Source of the DNA: Dehalococcoidia bacterium
GTDB taxonomy: Bacteria > Chloroflexota > Dehalococcoidia > Plut-88900
NCBI GenBank assembly: GCA_965207225.1
Contig: CBDBLV010000004.1
Coordinates: forward strand, 416,001 to 480,000
Reading direction: 5' to 3'
Length of the DNA stretch: 64,000 nucleotides
Both the position numbers and the translations under genes were made by a program. This document shows positions 48,616-58,505 of this stretch, piece after piece. Within the stretch, counting starts at the first letter, position 1. Each line of letters opens with the position of its first letter. The notes under the pieces were generated by a model. That model saw only the letters and a program-made list of their open reading frames with translations. It ran no database searches and was not told the DNA's origin.

Positions 48616-49724
48616 CTATCCCCCGTTTCCGCCAAACCCGTACAAAGACGCCGCATTCCCGTACACGATCTTCCTCTTATCCTCCTCCGACAAACCTGCG
48701 AAAGTCTTCTCTATCACTTCCTGGGAGTGAGGGAAGGTACCTTCGTCGTGGGGGTAGTCGCTGCCCCACAGCAGAGCCTCGGGGCCGATGAAGTCCAGCA
48801 TCCGAAGCGCTGCCAGGTCGTCGCTGAAAGTCGTGTGGCCCTGGCGCTTGAAATACTCGCTGGGCTTCATGTCCAGCTTGGGCTCTATCCACATGTGCTT
48901 GCGTTCGTACTGGTCGTCCATCGTGTAGAGGACCCACGGCAGCCACCCTGCCCACACTCCACGATGACCGTATGCAGGCTCGGGTGACGGTCCAAAACCC
49001 CCGAGCTAACGAAGACCGTGGCCGGGACTATGCCCTCGGCCATGGCCGTCACCATGTAGGTCAGGAATCCACCCTCCTTTTCCTCCCCCATACCCTCGGG
49101 TGAATGGTCTTCGCTGCCCGTGACGAAATGCAGATTAATGGGGAGGCCGGTCTCTTCCAGGACATTCCAAAGGGGTTCGTAAATCGGGAGGCTGTATGGC
49201 TGGTATTTCAGGTGTATGGGAGCGCTAATTAGCTTGTACCCCAAGCCCGCTACACGTCTTACCTCTTCCACCGCCGTATCGACATCTATCACCGGGACTA
49301 TCGACGCCGGAGCAAACCTGTCCGGGTGTTCGCCGAACAGCTCGATCGCCCAGTCATTGTAGGCCCGGGCCACGCCTATCTGGAACTCCGGGTCAGGGGA
49401 AGCGAACAGCGTGAGCAGCGAATTCGGGTACAGCACTTCCTCGGCAATCCCGTCCCGGTCCTGGTCCTTGAGCCTATAAGGGATGTCAGTACCTCCCGAC
49501 GGGTCCGACCTGAACTCCCTGTTCAAATCGTCTTCGCCAATGTTCGCCTCCGCGAGGTCGAACCGTCTCTTGTTCCTTCCTTCGGCAATGAAGTATTGGG
49601 CGCCGTCTTCCTCTTCCACAATACGAGGCAGCCGCGCCCGGAACTCCTCCGGGACCCGGGTCTCGAACAGCTCGGGGGACTCCTGTACGTGAGAGTCAGC
49701 CGATATCGCTTTTAGTCCTGCCAT
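48616..49724 (-). pseudogene. Amidohydrolase_2 paralog with a 1-nt frameshift (or sequencing indel)
   Basis: Split into ORFs 48885-49724 and 48616-48957; one G missing near 48951 relative to the adjacent intact paralog. Confidence 0.85.
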
Positions 49725-49753
49725 TGTCTGTTCCTCCGTTTTCCCACTGGAAT

Positions 49754-50863
49754 TTACGCGCCATTCCCTCCGATACCGTACAGCGAGGCCGCATTCCCAT
49801 ACACTATCTTTTTCTTGTCCTCTTCCGAGACGTCCACGAATGTCCTGTCGATCACTTCCTGTGAATGGGGGAACGTGCCCTCGTCGTGGGGGTAGTCGCT
49901 GCCCCAGAGCAGGGCCTCGGGCCCGATAAAGTCCAGCATCCGAAGTGCCGCAAGGTCGTCGCTGAAGGTCGTATGGCCCTGCCGTTTGAAGTATTCGCTG
50001 GGTTTCATGTCCAGCTTGGGCTCAATCCACATGTGCTTCCGATCGTACTGGTCGTCCATAGTGTAGAGCACCCAGGGCAGCCACCCCGCCCCACACTCCA
50101 CGATGACGGTGTGCAGACTAGGGTGACGGGCGAACACACCCGAGCTTACGAACACGGTGGCCGGGACTATACCCTCCGCCATTGCGGTGACCATGTACGT
50201 GAGGAAACCGCCGTACTGCTCTTCGCCGGCATCTTCCGGCAGGTGGTCCTCGCTGCCCGAGATGAAGTGGAGACTTATCGGGAGGCCCGTTTCCTCCAGA
50301 GCATCCCATAGCGGCTCGTACACGGGCAGACTATAGGGCTGGTGCTTCAGGTGGATCGGGGCGCTTATCAGCTTGTACCCGAGTCCCGCAACGCGCTTTA
50401 CCTCCCCGACCGCCGCTTCCACGTCGACCACGGGCACGAGCCCCGCGGGCGCAAACCTGTCCGGATGGCTTCCGAACAGCTCTATCGCCCAGTCGTTATA
50501 GGCTTTTGCTACCCCCATCTGGTATTTCGGATCAGGCGAAGCATACAAAGCCAACAGCGAGTTCGGGTACAACACCTCCGCCACAACACCGTCCCGGTCC
50601 TGGTCCTTCAGCCTGTACGGGATGTCCCTTCCCCCCGACGGGTCTTGCCTGAACTCCCTTTCCAGGTCGTCCTCGTTAATGTTCTCTGCCGCAATGTCGA
50701 AGCGCCTCTTTTTCCTTCCCTCCACCACCCTGTATACCGCTCCGTCTTCCCCTTCCTCCGTGTGCGGCAGTCTCGCCCTGAACTCCTCCGGGACCCGACT
50801 CTCGAACAGTTCCGGCGCTTCCTGCACGTGTGAGTCCGCAGATATCGCTTTGATTCCGGCCAT
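49754..50863 (-). CDS. Amidohydrolase_2 family protein
   Basis: ISADSHV, AYNDW, PSEYFKRQ and WGSDYPH motifs. Confidence 0.93.
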   Translation of the reverse strand: MAGIKAISADSHVQEAPELFESRVPEEFRARLPHTEEGEDGAVYRVVEGRKKRRFDIAAENINEDDLEREFRQDPSGGRDIPYRLKDQDRDGVVAEVLYPNSLLALYASPDPKYQMGVAKAYNDWAIELFGSHPDRFAPAGLVPVVDVEAAVGEVKRVAGLGYKLISAPIHLKHQPYSLPVYEPLWDALEETGLPISLHFISGSEDHLPEDAGEEQYGGFLTYMVTAMAEGIVPATVFVSSGVFARHPSLHTVIVECGAGWLPWVLYTMDDQYDRKHMWIEPKLDMKPSEYFKRQGHTTFSDDLAALRMLDFIGPEALLWGSDYPHDEGTFPHSQEVIDRTFVDVSEEDKKKIVYGNAASLYGIGGNGA

Positions 50864-51007
50864 CGTTTTTCTCCTCCGTAGCTAAGCGACCCCTCGCAAA
50901 GGGCTTCTACCCCCGACGTCTACGCCCTGATTATATGGCCTAACTTCATCGTATACACTACCCCACGTATTCGGGGGCCGAGGTTACTATCGACGAGGAG
51001 GCAATTC

Positions 51008-51757
51008 ATGGGCAGGCTGGCAGGGAAAGTCGCAATGATCACCGGCGCAGCCCACGGAATGGGCGCGGTAGACGCCCGACTCTTCTCTCAAGAGGGCGCC
51101 CGACTCGTCCTGTGCGACATCCTCGAGGAGGAAGGCGCTCGGGTGGAGGCCCGAATCAACGAATCTGGTGGCGAGGCCGTCTTTGTCCGCATGGACGTGA
51201 CCCTCGACGAAGACTGGCAGAGGGCCGTTCACGCCACCGTGGCCCGCTTCGGTCGTATCGACATCCTGGTCAACAACGCCGGCATCACCAGCACACCAAC
51301 CTCCGCCGGCAGCGAGAGTGAAAAATGGGACCGACTCCTGGACGTCAACGCCAAGGGCGCCTTTCTCGGGGCACAATACGTGGTGCCGGAGATGAAGAAG
51401 GTTGGAGGGGGATCCATAGTGAATATATCCTCCATCATGGGGATTGTGGGGTTGGGGGTGGGGCACTCCGGCTATGCAGCTTCCAAAGGGGCTGTCCGGC
51501 TCCTTACCAAGGACTTGGCCCTCCGTCACGGCCCCGACAACATTCGGGTTAACTCCGTACACCCGGGCTTTGCTCCGCCAATGTTGGGGTCGACTCGGGG
51601 CAAGGAGGAAGACGCCAAGCGTATCGCCGAGACCCCTCTAGGCAGGCTCACCAGCTACGAGGATGTCGCTAACGCCGTCCTTTTTCTTGCCTCCGACGAC
51701 GCCTCGTTCGTTACGGGCGCCGAACTGGTGGTAGACGGTGGCTTCACTGCCCGATGA
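51008..51757 (+). CDS. SDR family oxidoreductase
   Basis: TGAAHGMG, NNAG and YAASK motifs. Confidence 0.95.
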   Translation: MGRLAGKVAMITGAAHGMGAVDARLFSQEGARLVLCDILEEEGARVEARINESGGEAVFVRMDVTLDEDWQRAVHATVARFGRIDILVNNAGITSTPTSAGSESEKWDRLLDVNAKGAFLGAQYVVPEMKKVGGGSIVNISSIMGIVGLGVGHSGYAASKGAVRLLTKDLALRHGPDNIRVNSVHPGFAPPMLGSTRGKEEDAKRIAETPLGRLTSYEDVANAVLFLASDDASFVTGAELVVDGGFTAR

Positions 51758-51841
51758 ACTCTTCTCCTCCGATTAGCGAGGGCTAAAGCTAGTGCCAAGG
51801 GGTTTGAGGCGTAAAGGGTGAGCCCATTTCCCTAAAGCGCC

Positions 51842-52591
51842 TCACTGCTCCAACTCCAACATCCGCCGTTCCGCCGCCTTCAATCTCCGCCTGTTCGCCA
51901 GCTTCGAAAGCCAGATCCCGATCTCGTACAAAACTATTATCGGGCTGGCAAGCAAAGTCTGGTTTACGGGATCAAAGGTCGGGGTGAAAATCGCTGCGGC
52001 TATGAAGGCCCCCAGCACCGCCAGCTTTCTCCGTTTCGCAAAACTGGCCGGTTTCACCACGCCCAACCTGGCCAATAATGTCATTACAAGCGGAGTCTGG
52101 AATGAAAGCCCGACCCACAAGGACAAGGCAAGGATCAAGTTGATGTATCGCCCGATTCTTATCTGAGGCTCCGCTACGTCTCCCCCGAAGTTGAACAGGA
52201 AGTTTATTGCCGGTGGCAAGAGTATGAACCAGGCGAACACTACCCCCGCAGCGAACGACAGGACAATGCCGGGAAGGGATACCAGCAGGTATCGCTTCTC
52301 CCGGGGCGTGAGGCCCGGGGCGGCAAACATGATCATCTGGTAGAGAATCACGGGCATTGCCAGAATGAGACCGCCGAGGAGCGCAACCTTAAAGTAAGTG
52401 GTGATGAACTCCGTGGGATCTATATAGACCAGGGGGGTGTCACCCGCAGGCCGTTTGAGAAATTCCAGGACGCGGAAGGTGAATACCGCCGCTATCCCAG
52501 TCCCGACCACCAGCGCCAAAAGTGACTTTATGAATCGATTCCTGAGCTCCCGCAGGTGCTCCAGCACCGATATCTTTTGGGGCGCGCTCAT
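51842..52591 (-). CDS. tatC: Twin-arginine translocase subunit TatC
   Basis: EHLRELRNR, PGLTPREK, TPTFDP and LYEIG motifs. Confidence 0.95.
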   Translation of the reverse strand: MSAPQKISVLEHLRELRNRFIKSLLALVVGTGIAAVFTFRVLEFLKRPAGDTPLVYIDPTEFITTYFKVALLGGLILAMPVILYQMIMFAAPGLTPREKRYLLVSLPGIVLSFAAGVVFAWFILLPPAINFLFNFGGDVAEPQIRIGRYINLILALSLWVGLSFQTPLVMTLLARLGVVKPASFAKRRKLAVLGAFIAAAIFTPTFDPVNQTLLASPIIVLYEIGIWLSKLANRRRLKAAERRMLELEQ

Positions 52592-52881
52592 TACTCCACG
52601 GGCCCCGAGCGGTTGTGGGGTTCGGCGGACGCAACGTTGGAACTTGAGGCCCCTTGCTCCTCCTCCGCCCGGAAGTCCACCGGTTGTTCGACAGGCGATT
52701 CCGTCTCCGCCTTGGCTTCCTCGACTGCCGAAGATGCCATCCCCTGCGCAGTTCGCTGAAACTCCTGTAAAGCACCCCGGAGCGAGCTCACCACGGAAAT
52801 CAGCTTAGAGGGCCCAAACAGCACCAAGGCAAGGGCCAGGATGACCAGGATTTCCAGGATTCCTACGTTGAGCGGGTTCAA
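52591..52881 (-). CDS. tatA: Twin-arginine translocase TatA/TatB subunit
   Basis: EILVIL...LFGPSKL; directly upstream of tatC. Confidence 0.9.
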   Translation of the reverse strand: MNPLNVGILEILVILALALVLFGPSKLISVVSSLRGALQEFQRTAQGMASSAVEEAKAETESPVEQPVDFRAEEEQGASSSNVASAEPHNRSGPVE

Positions 52882-52985
52882 ACTTCACTCTTGAAAGTCG
52901 GGTATGTAAGCGTCTCAGCCCGGTAGTGAAGTATAGCACCCTGACGGCTCCCCACCCCTTCCCCCTCCCCCGAGACCCTGCTAAC

Positions 52986-53291
52986 ATGCCCCCGACCATG
53001 GAGCGGGAACAGTTGCAGCAGTTGATCCTGGATTCCGTCGAGGACTCCGACATAGCTCCCTTCAGAGGCAGGGTTCCCTTTGGTCTCGGCAGGTCTACAG
53101 CCCGGGCCTTGATGTTCAAGATAACCTGTCATTGCGGCGTCACCGCCATGCTTTCCGTCGATACCCCTGAGGACGCCACTGAAGAACGCATCCTCGAAAT
53201 GGTCCCCCATCTTGCCAAGGCCCTCGATAATCAGGCCGATCAGTTCAGGCGCTTCCCTTGCGAGGCCCATTCACGCATGTCGATGGGTTAG
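52986..53291 (+). CDS. Hypothetical protein with CxC and CxxH motifs
   Basis: Protein-like ORF filling the gap between tatA and the oxidase gene; start may be 52998. Confidence 0.7.
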   Translation: MPPTMEREQLQQLILDSVEDSDIAPFRGRVPFGLGRSTARALMFKITCHCGVTAMLSVDTPEDATEERILEMVPHLAKALDNQADQFRRFPCEAHSRMSMG

Positions 53292-53314
53292 GCATCCCAT
53301 ACTTGGAGAAAATC

Positions 53315-54430
53315 ATGCAATCATCAGACGTAGTCATAGTCGGTGGAGGCATTGCCGGCTGTCTCACAGCATATTACCTTGGCAAAAAGGGGGTGAAGGC
53401 CACTGTTGTAGAGCGAGAGGCCATTGGGAGTCACGCCTCGGGGTACGCCTTCGGCGGACTGAGCTACCATAGCGGCTCGGGCATCCCCGGCCCGGTTTTT
53501 CCATTGGCCAAGGCTGGTTACTTTCTCCATCGGGACCTCTACGACGAATTACTTGAAGCTACGGGCGTCGATACCCATTACCGCAAGGGCGCCAACGTCA
53601 AGATGGCCTTCACCAACGATGAGGCCCGAGAACTCGATGAAGAGGTCGCCTGGCAGACCGAGCTTGGCATCGACTCCCGTATCCTTGACCTTGCTCAGGT
53701 GCAGGAAATTGAGCCCCGCGTTAACCCGGAAGGCATACGATTTCGATATATCGAAGAGTCAGCCGCCGTAGAGGCCTACCGACTCTCCGTAGCCGTCATG
53801 CAGGCCGCCGAGAAACTGGGCGCAGTCCTCAGGCACGGCAACGTTGTAGGCATAAAACGAGATGGCACCCGACCCAAATCCGTCGTCACCGAGAGCGGCG
53901 ACGAAATCCCCTGCGACACCGTAGTTGTGGCCATGGGCCCCTGGAGCACCGAAGCCGCGTCTTGGCTCGACTTTCCAGTACCGATCTGGCCTCTTAAGGG
54001 TCAGATAGTTCGGCTAGAGATGTCCGGGGATCCCTTGCGGTGCTGGTTCGGGTACCACGACAGCTACTGCGGCACCAAGGCCGATGGCCTCACCTGGTGC
54101 GGCACCACCGAGGAGGAAGCCGGTTTCGACGTGTCCACAAATGTCGCGGCCATGAACAGCGTCATGTCCGATGCGGTCAAGATGATCCCCTCTCTCGCCG
54201 ATGCCCGCGTCGCCCTTCAAACCGCCTGCCTGCGTCCCATGGCCTCGGACCTGATTCCGATAATCGGACAGGTCCCGGGTTGGGAGGGCGCCTACCTCTG
54301 CATTGGGGGAGGCCGCAAGGGCATCTTGCTCGGGCCTGGGATGGGCAAGGTCATCGCCGACCTGATAACCGACGGCTACTCAGGTATCAACCATTCCGGC
54401 CTCCTACCCTCCCGCTTCTCCAAAGACTAG
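53315..54430 (+). CDS. FAD-dependent oxidoreductase (glycine oxidase / D-amino acid oxidase family)
   Basis: VGGGIAG, PLKGQ, LRP and GILLGP motifs. Confidence 0.9.
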   Translation: MQSSDVVIVGGGIAGCLTAYYLGKKGVKATVVEREAIGSHASGYAFGGLSYHSGSGIPGPVFPLAKAGYFLHRDLYDELLEATGVDTHYRKGANVKMAFTNDEARELDEEVAWQTELGIDSRILDLAQVQEIEPRVNPEGIRFRYIEESAAVEAYRLSVAVMQAAEKLGAVLRHGNVVGIKRDGTRPKSVVTESGDEIPCDTVVVAMGPWSTEAASWLDFPVPIWPLKGQIVRLEMSGDPLRCWFGYHDSYCGTKADGLTWCGTTEEEAGFDVSTNVAAMNSVMSDAVKMIPSLADARVALQTACLRPMASDLIPIIGQVPGWEGAYLCIGGGRKGILLGPGMGKVIADLITDGYSGINHSGLLPSRFSKD

Positions 54431-54557
54431 CCCCACCCTTTTTCGGTTGGTTTTTCCTGTAGAGGCAATCCCCTCTGGTTTCCCAAGCCCGATGAGTCGG
54501 CTGATCCTGAGGTCTCCGAAGTGTTCGCAGGAGGGGATTCACCCATTGATCCTCCTC

Positions 54558-54595
54558 AAAAGAAAAACCGGGCTGTCAGCTAAGCCAACAACCCG
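54558..54595 (-). terminator. Intrinsic terminator downstream of rpsT
   Basis: Minus strand CGGGTTGTTGGC-TTA-GCTGACAGCCCG (with G-U pairs) followed by GTTTTTCTTTT. Confidence 0.75.
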
Positions 54596-54635
54596 ACCAA
54601 TCCACTGGCTCTTGGGGTTATAAGTCGAGGTAGTC

Positions 54636-54965
54636 CTACTTCTTCTTCGAACTGCTCCGTCTCTGGGACCCGGCTCTCGGCTTGGCTGCCGGCGTCGGGT
54701 CGCTCATCATCTTGTTGAGCCCGCGCGTAAGCCTGGATGCCAGCCTGGACGCCTTGTTCCGGTGGATATACCCCCGGGATCCGGCCCTGTCCAGTAACGA
54801 CACTGCCGTCCGCGTCGACTTCTGTGCCGCTGCGATGTCTCCGCTCTCCGTAGATTTCCTGGCCGTCTTGATATGCGTCCTGAGCGGACTTACCACCCGA
54901 CGGTTGATTGCTGCCTTACGAGCCGAAACTCTCGCCGATTTTTCTGCTGATTTTGAATTGGCCAA
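54636..54965 (-). CDS. rpsT: 30S ribosomal protein S20
   Basis: MANSKSAEK and IHRNKASR motifs; TTG start. Confidence 0.95.
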   Translation of the reverse strand: MANSKSAEKSARVSARKAAINRRVVSPLRTHIKTARKSTESGDIAAAQKSTRTAVSLLDRAGSRGYIHRNKASRLASRLTRGLNKMMSDPTPAAKPRAGSQRRSSSKKK

Positions 54966-54992
54966 CTTTCTGTCTTCCTTCCGGGACCCGTA

Positions 54993-57176
54993 CTAACTTC
55001 CCGTCACGACGGCCTGTGCATTTTGATCGCTTCTCCTGACCCTTAGCACTCCCGGCACTTTCTCCAGCCTGTTGAAAATCCTGCTCAACTGGCTGATGCC
55101 GTTAGTTCCAAGGCTCAGGTACTCCGTCACCGTGCCGTCTTGATGTGTCTCCGTTATTACTCCCGATATGTTTACTTTCTCTGCCGAAACTACAGTGGTT
55201 ATGTCTCTCAACAACCCCACCCTGTCGTTGCCTTCTATTTCGATTCTAACAGGATACAGTCTTGCAGTCGAACCCCAGCCCACTTCGATAAGCCTCTCAG
55301 GTTCCGTCACGTTCGTTATATTATGGCACGACTTCCGATGTACGCTGACACCCTGCGCCCGAGTGATGAACCCCATGATTTCGTTGCCGGGTAGGGGTTG
55401 GCAGCACTTTGCCAATCGGGTGAGGACGTCATCCACGCCCAGAACAGTCACCCCCGTATCGAACCCCGATTGCATCTGTATCCCGGAACCGGTGTCGGGG
55501 GTCTGCTTCTCTGTCCCGGACAAGCGCGTCGTGATCTGGTGGATGCTGATGGCGCCCGAGCCAACCGCCGCATACAGGTCTTCTCTGGTGGTAAAGCTGA
55601 GCTTATCCGCAATCTCATCCACCGTGTGGTCCAGGGCTAGTCGCCTCCGTTCTTTTTCGATCAGCTCCTGTCCTCGCTGGATGTTCTCAGCCCGCTCCTG
55701 CTTCCTGAACCACAAGCGGATGGCCTGTCGGGCCCCGGCGGTTTGCACGTACCCCAGGTCGGGGTTCAGCCAGTCGAGCCTCGGGCCCGGAACCTTATTG
55801 CTGGTCAGTATCTGGACGGTGTCCCCATTCTCCAGTTGGTGGTCCAGCGCCGTGAGCTTTCCATTTACCTTGGCCCCGCTGCACTTGTGTCCGATATCCG
55901 TGTGAATCCGATATGCGAAGTCGATAGGCGTTGCCCCTGCGGGCAGTTCTTTAACCTCACCTTTAGGGGTGTATACAAACACCTGGTTTGGCAGTAGATC
56001 GGTCTTGACAGATTCCAGGAATTCCTCCGCACCCGACACCTCTCTCTGCCATTCCAGCAACTGCCGCACCCAAGTCATTCTGTCCTCGAAGTGGCTGGTG
56101 CCCTTGGCGCCTTCTTTGTACCGCCAGTGTGCCGCAATCCCGAACTCCGAGACCTGGTGCATCTCGTGAGTGCGGATCTGGATCTCCATCGGGACTCCGC
56201 CCTCGGCGATTACGCTGGTGTGCAGGGACTGGTAACTGTTCTCCCGAGGGTTGGCAATGTAGTCGTCAAACTGGCCCGGTATCGGATGCCAGAGCCCGTG
56301 GGTAATCCCCAGTGTGGCATAGCAGTCCACCACCTTGTCCACCAGCACCCGCAATGCGAAAAGGTCGTGGATCTGGTCGAATTCCTTGCCCTGCGCTGCA
56401 TACTTCGCCATCTTCCGGTGAATGCTGTAAATGTGCTTCGGCCTCCCAGTAACGTCGGCCTCTATGCCCGCATCGTCCAAGGCTGCCTTCAGTAAATGGG
56501 TCACCTGCGATACGTATCGTTCTCGCTTTTCCCTCTTCTGCGTCAGCAACCGGGAGATCTCGCGGTACCTGTCGGGTTGAAGGACGCGGAAAGCCAGGTC
56601 CTCCAGCTTCCACTTCAGGTCCGCCATCCCGAGCCTGTGGGCCAGGGGGGCATAGATGTCCAGGGTCTCCCGGGCAATGTTCAGCTGTCTCTGCCGCGGT
56701 AGTGCCCTTAGTGTGCTCATGTTGTGTAGCCGGTCGGCCAGCTTTATGAGCACCACCCGGATGTCCTGGGCCATGGCGACCAGCATCTTCCGGAGGTTCT
56801 CGGCCTGGGTCGCCGAGTCGTCCATACCGTGTCCGTTGTCCCGACGAATCGCCAGCAGTTCCAGCCTAGTCAGCTTGGAAACCCCGTCTACAAGCCGCGT
56901 CACCTCGGGTCCGAACTTCTCGTCCAGCTCATCGGGAGAGACATCACAGTCCTCCAGCACGTCGTGGAGCAGGGCAGCCGCTATGCAATTCGCGTCCAGC
57001 TTCAGGTCAGCCAGGTGGAGCGCTGTTGAGAGCGGATGATGGATGTACGGCTCGCCGGACCTGCGTACCTGCCCCTCGTGACTGAGCTCGGCAAAGTCGT
57101 ATGCTTCTCCCACAAACCCGACCCGGTCCTCCGGCAGGTATCTTTCCAGACTGGTCAGCAGCTTCTCTTTAGTCAT
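54993..57176 (-). CDS. relA: Bifunctional (p)ppGpp synthetase/hydrolase (long RSH)
   Basis: HD hydrolase motif LHDVLED, synthetase YQSLHT/EIQIRT, plus TGS and ACT domains. Confidence 0.96.
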   Translation of the reverse strand: MTKEKLLTSLERYLPEDRVGFVGEAYDFAELSHEGQVRRSGEPYIHHPLSTALHLADLKLDANCIAAALLHDVLEDCDVSPDELDEKFGPEVTRLVDGVSKLTRLELLAIRRDNGHGMDDSATQAENLRKMLVAMAQDIRVVLIKLADRLHNMSTLRALPRQRQLNIARETLDIYAPLAHRLGMADLKWKLEDLAFRVLQPDRYREISRLLTQKREKRERYVSQVTHLLKAALDDAGIEADVTGRPKHIYSIHRKMAKYAAQGKEFDQIHDLFALRVLVDKVVDCYATLGITHGLWHPIPGQFDDYIANPRENSYQSLHTSVIAEGGVPMEIQIRTHEMHQVSEFGIAAHWRYKEGAKGTSHFEDRMTWVRQLLEWQREVSGAEEFLESVKTDLLPNQVFVYTPKGEVKELPAGATPIDFAYRIHTDIGHKCSGAKVNGKLTALDHQLENGDTVQILTSNKVPGPRLDWLNPDLGYVQTAGARQAIRLWFRKQERAENIQRGQELIEKERRRLALDHTVDEIADKLSFTTREDLYAAVGSGAISIHQITTRLSGTEKQTPDTGSGIQMQSGFDTGVTVLGVDDVLTRLAKCCQPLPGNEIMGFITRAQGVSVHRKSCHNITNVTEPERLIEVGWGSTARLYPVRIEIEGNDRVGLLRDITTVVSAEKVNISGVITETHQDGTVTEYLSLGTNGISQLSRIFNRLEKVPGVLRVRRSDQNAQAVVTGS

Positions 57177-57372
57177 CTCTTACACTCAGGCAAATCGGCA
57201 TGAATCAGTATAGTACGGCCAGGCTAAACCCTTCAATTCAATCTCCTAGTATCATACCGGAATTACGTTCGGCGACCTTTCCCGGTATAAGGGTCAATCC
57301 CCCGTCGAACAATTCTCCTGCCCAATGAAAACGCGGTGTTATCCGAAGATGTAGTTTCGAATATTTAGATAG

Positions 57373-58236
57373 CTATTGCAGTCCATTAGATAAAGGAATC
57401 CTTACCATCATTCGCTCAACATTCCTACGGGCGGCAATCGCGTCTATCTGTGCCTTAACTAGCTTGTCTAGTTCACTATCGGCCTGATAATCGGCTGGAG
57501 CGATAGAGTGGACTCGCCCGTCGGCAAGGAATCTCTCGGCTTTCTCACGAGCAAACTTCGTCTTGGGCTTGTAAACTGCAATGGAGAAACCTCCTAGTTC
57601 CTTGACTAACCTGAAGCAAGGAATATCAGTTACTCCATCCCCTATGTAGATCATATTCTCAAACGGAACCGGACGGCCTTTCATCGCTACGAAATTGTTG
57701 ATCTTGTTATCATCAGTCAGTTCATGCGCACACTTATTGATTCTAAACAGAAACTGCGTTTTGGTTGTGTAATTCACTGCTTGAGCCGGCCAAATCGCAA
57801 CTTTGTTGTGATTAAACATGAACCGAGATGCGTAAATGGCTTTCAATTTCTTGGCGATTGGTGTTCCTTCGATAATTTCAGCATTGCCCGATGAGACAAT
57901 ATAGTGCTCCCCGATAACGTCCCTGGACTCACTGTAGGCATTGATACGGTCAAACCAATCCTTGACGCCGTCAAACAAAACAACACTACGACCACGTTCA
58001 CGAAAGTCCTGAAGATGAACACGGACTTCTTTTTCGTCCGCCTTTCTTAGCATAAGGTGCATATACATTAGGATCTTGTCAGCCTTATGCATCTCGCAAA
58101 GGTGGTTGACTTCGGCCCAAAAGTCTTTCGGGCTCATCCCGATGGCAGGAATGAACTGTGGTTCTTGCATGTTGCCAGGGGCAAGTGTCCCATCAAAGTC
58201 GTAGATTATTGCTAATCGAGTATTCTGCTTAGGCAT
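57373..58236 (-). CDS. HAD-like hydrolase, lower GC
   Basis: YDFDGTL, VSSG and YIGDGVTD motifs. Confidence 0.88.
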   Translation of the reverse strand: MPKQNTRLAIIYDFDGTLAPGNMQEPQFIPAIGMSPKDFWAEVNHLCEMHKADKILMYMHLMLRKADEKEVRVHLQDFRERGRSVVLFDGVKDWFDRINAYSESRDVIGEHYIVSSGNAEIIEGTPIAKKLKAIYASRFMFNHNKVAIWPAQAVNYTTKTQFLFRINKCAHELTDDNKINNFVAMKGRPVPFENMIYIGDGVTDIPCFRLVKELGGFSIAVYKPKTKFAREKAERFLADGRVHSIAPADYQADSELDKLVKAQIDAIAARRNVERMMVRIPLSNGLQ

Positions 58237-58505
58237 TACGTTTCCTAACTGCCTGTAACTACCATCAGTGCCTTCGGTTTGCCCTGACGCCTTATATGAT
58301 CGGCGCTAAGTCGCAGATGATCAGGTAGACCAATCATCGGGCCTCCCCATACACACTATTTTAGAGTGTTCCCGCAACGTTTGCAGTCAATATGCCTGAT
58401 TATTTGACTTGTGAGTTTTGAGCCACTTTGCTTCCTTGATGAGAGAGTTCAGCTTTAGGCCCTGATACAAGAATCCCCATCCTGCCAATCCGCTAAAATC
58501 CACCC

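Noticed and set aside
58240-58505. SOS box upstream of dinB
   Set aside because: No clear GAAC-N4-GTTC motif was found.
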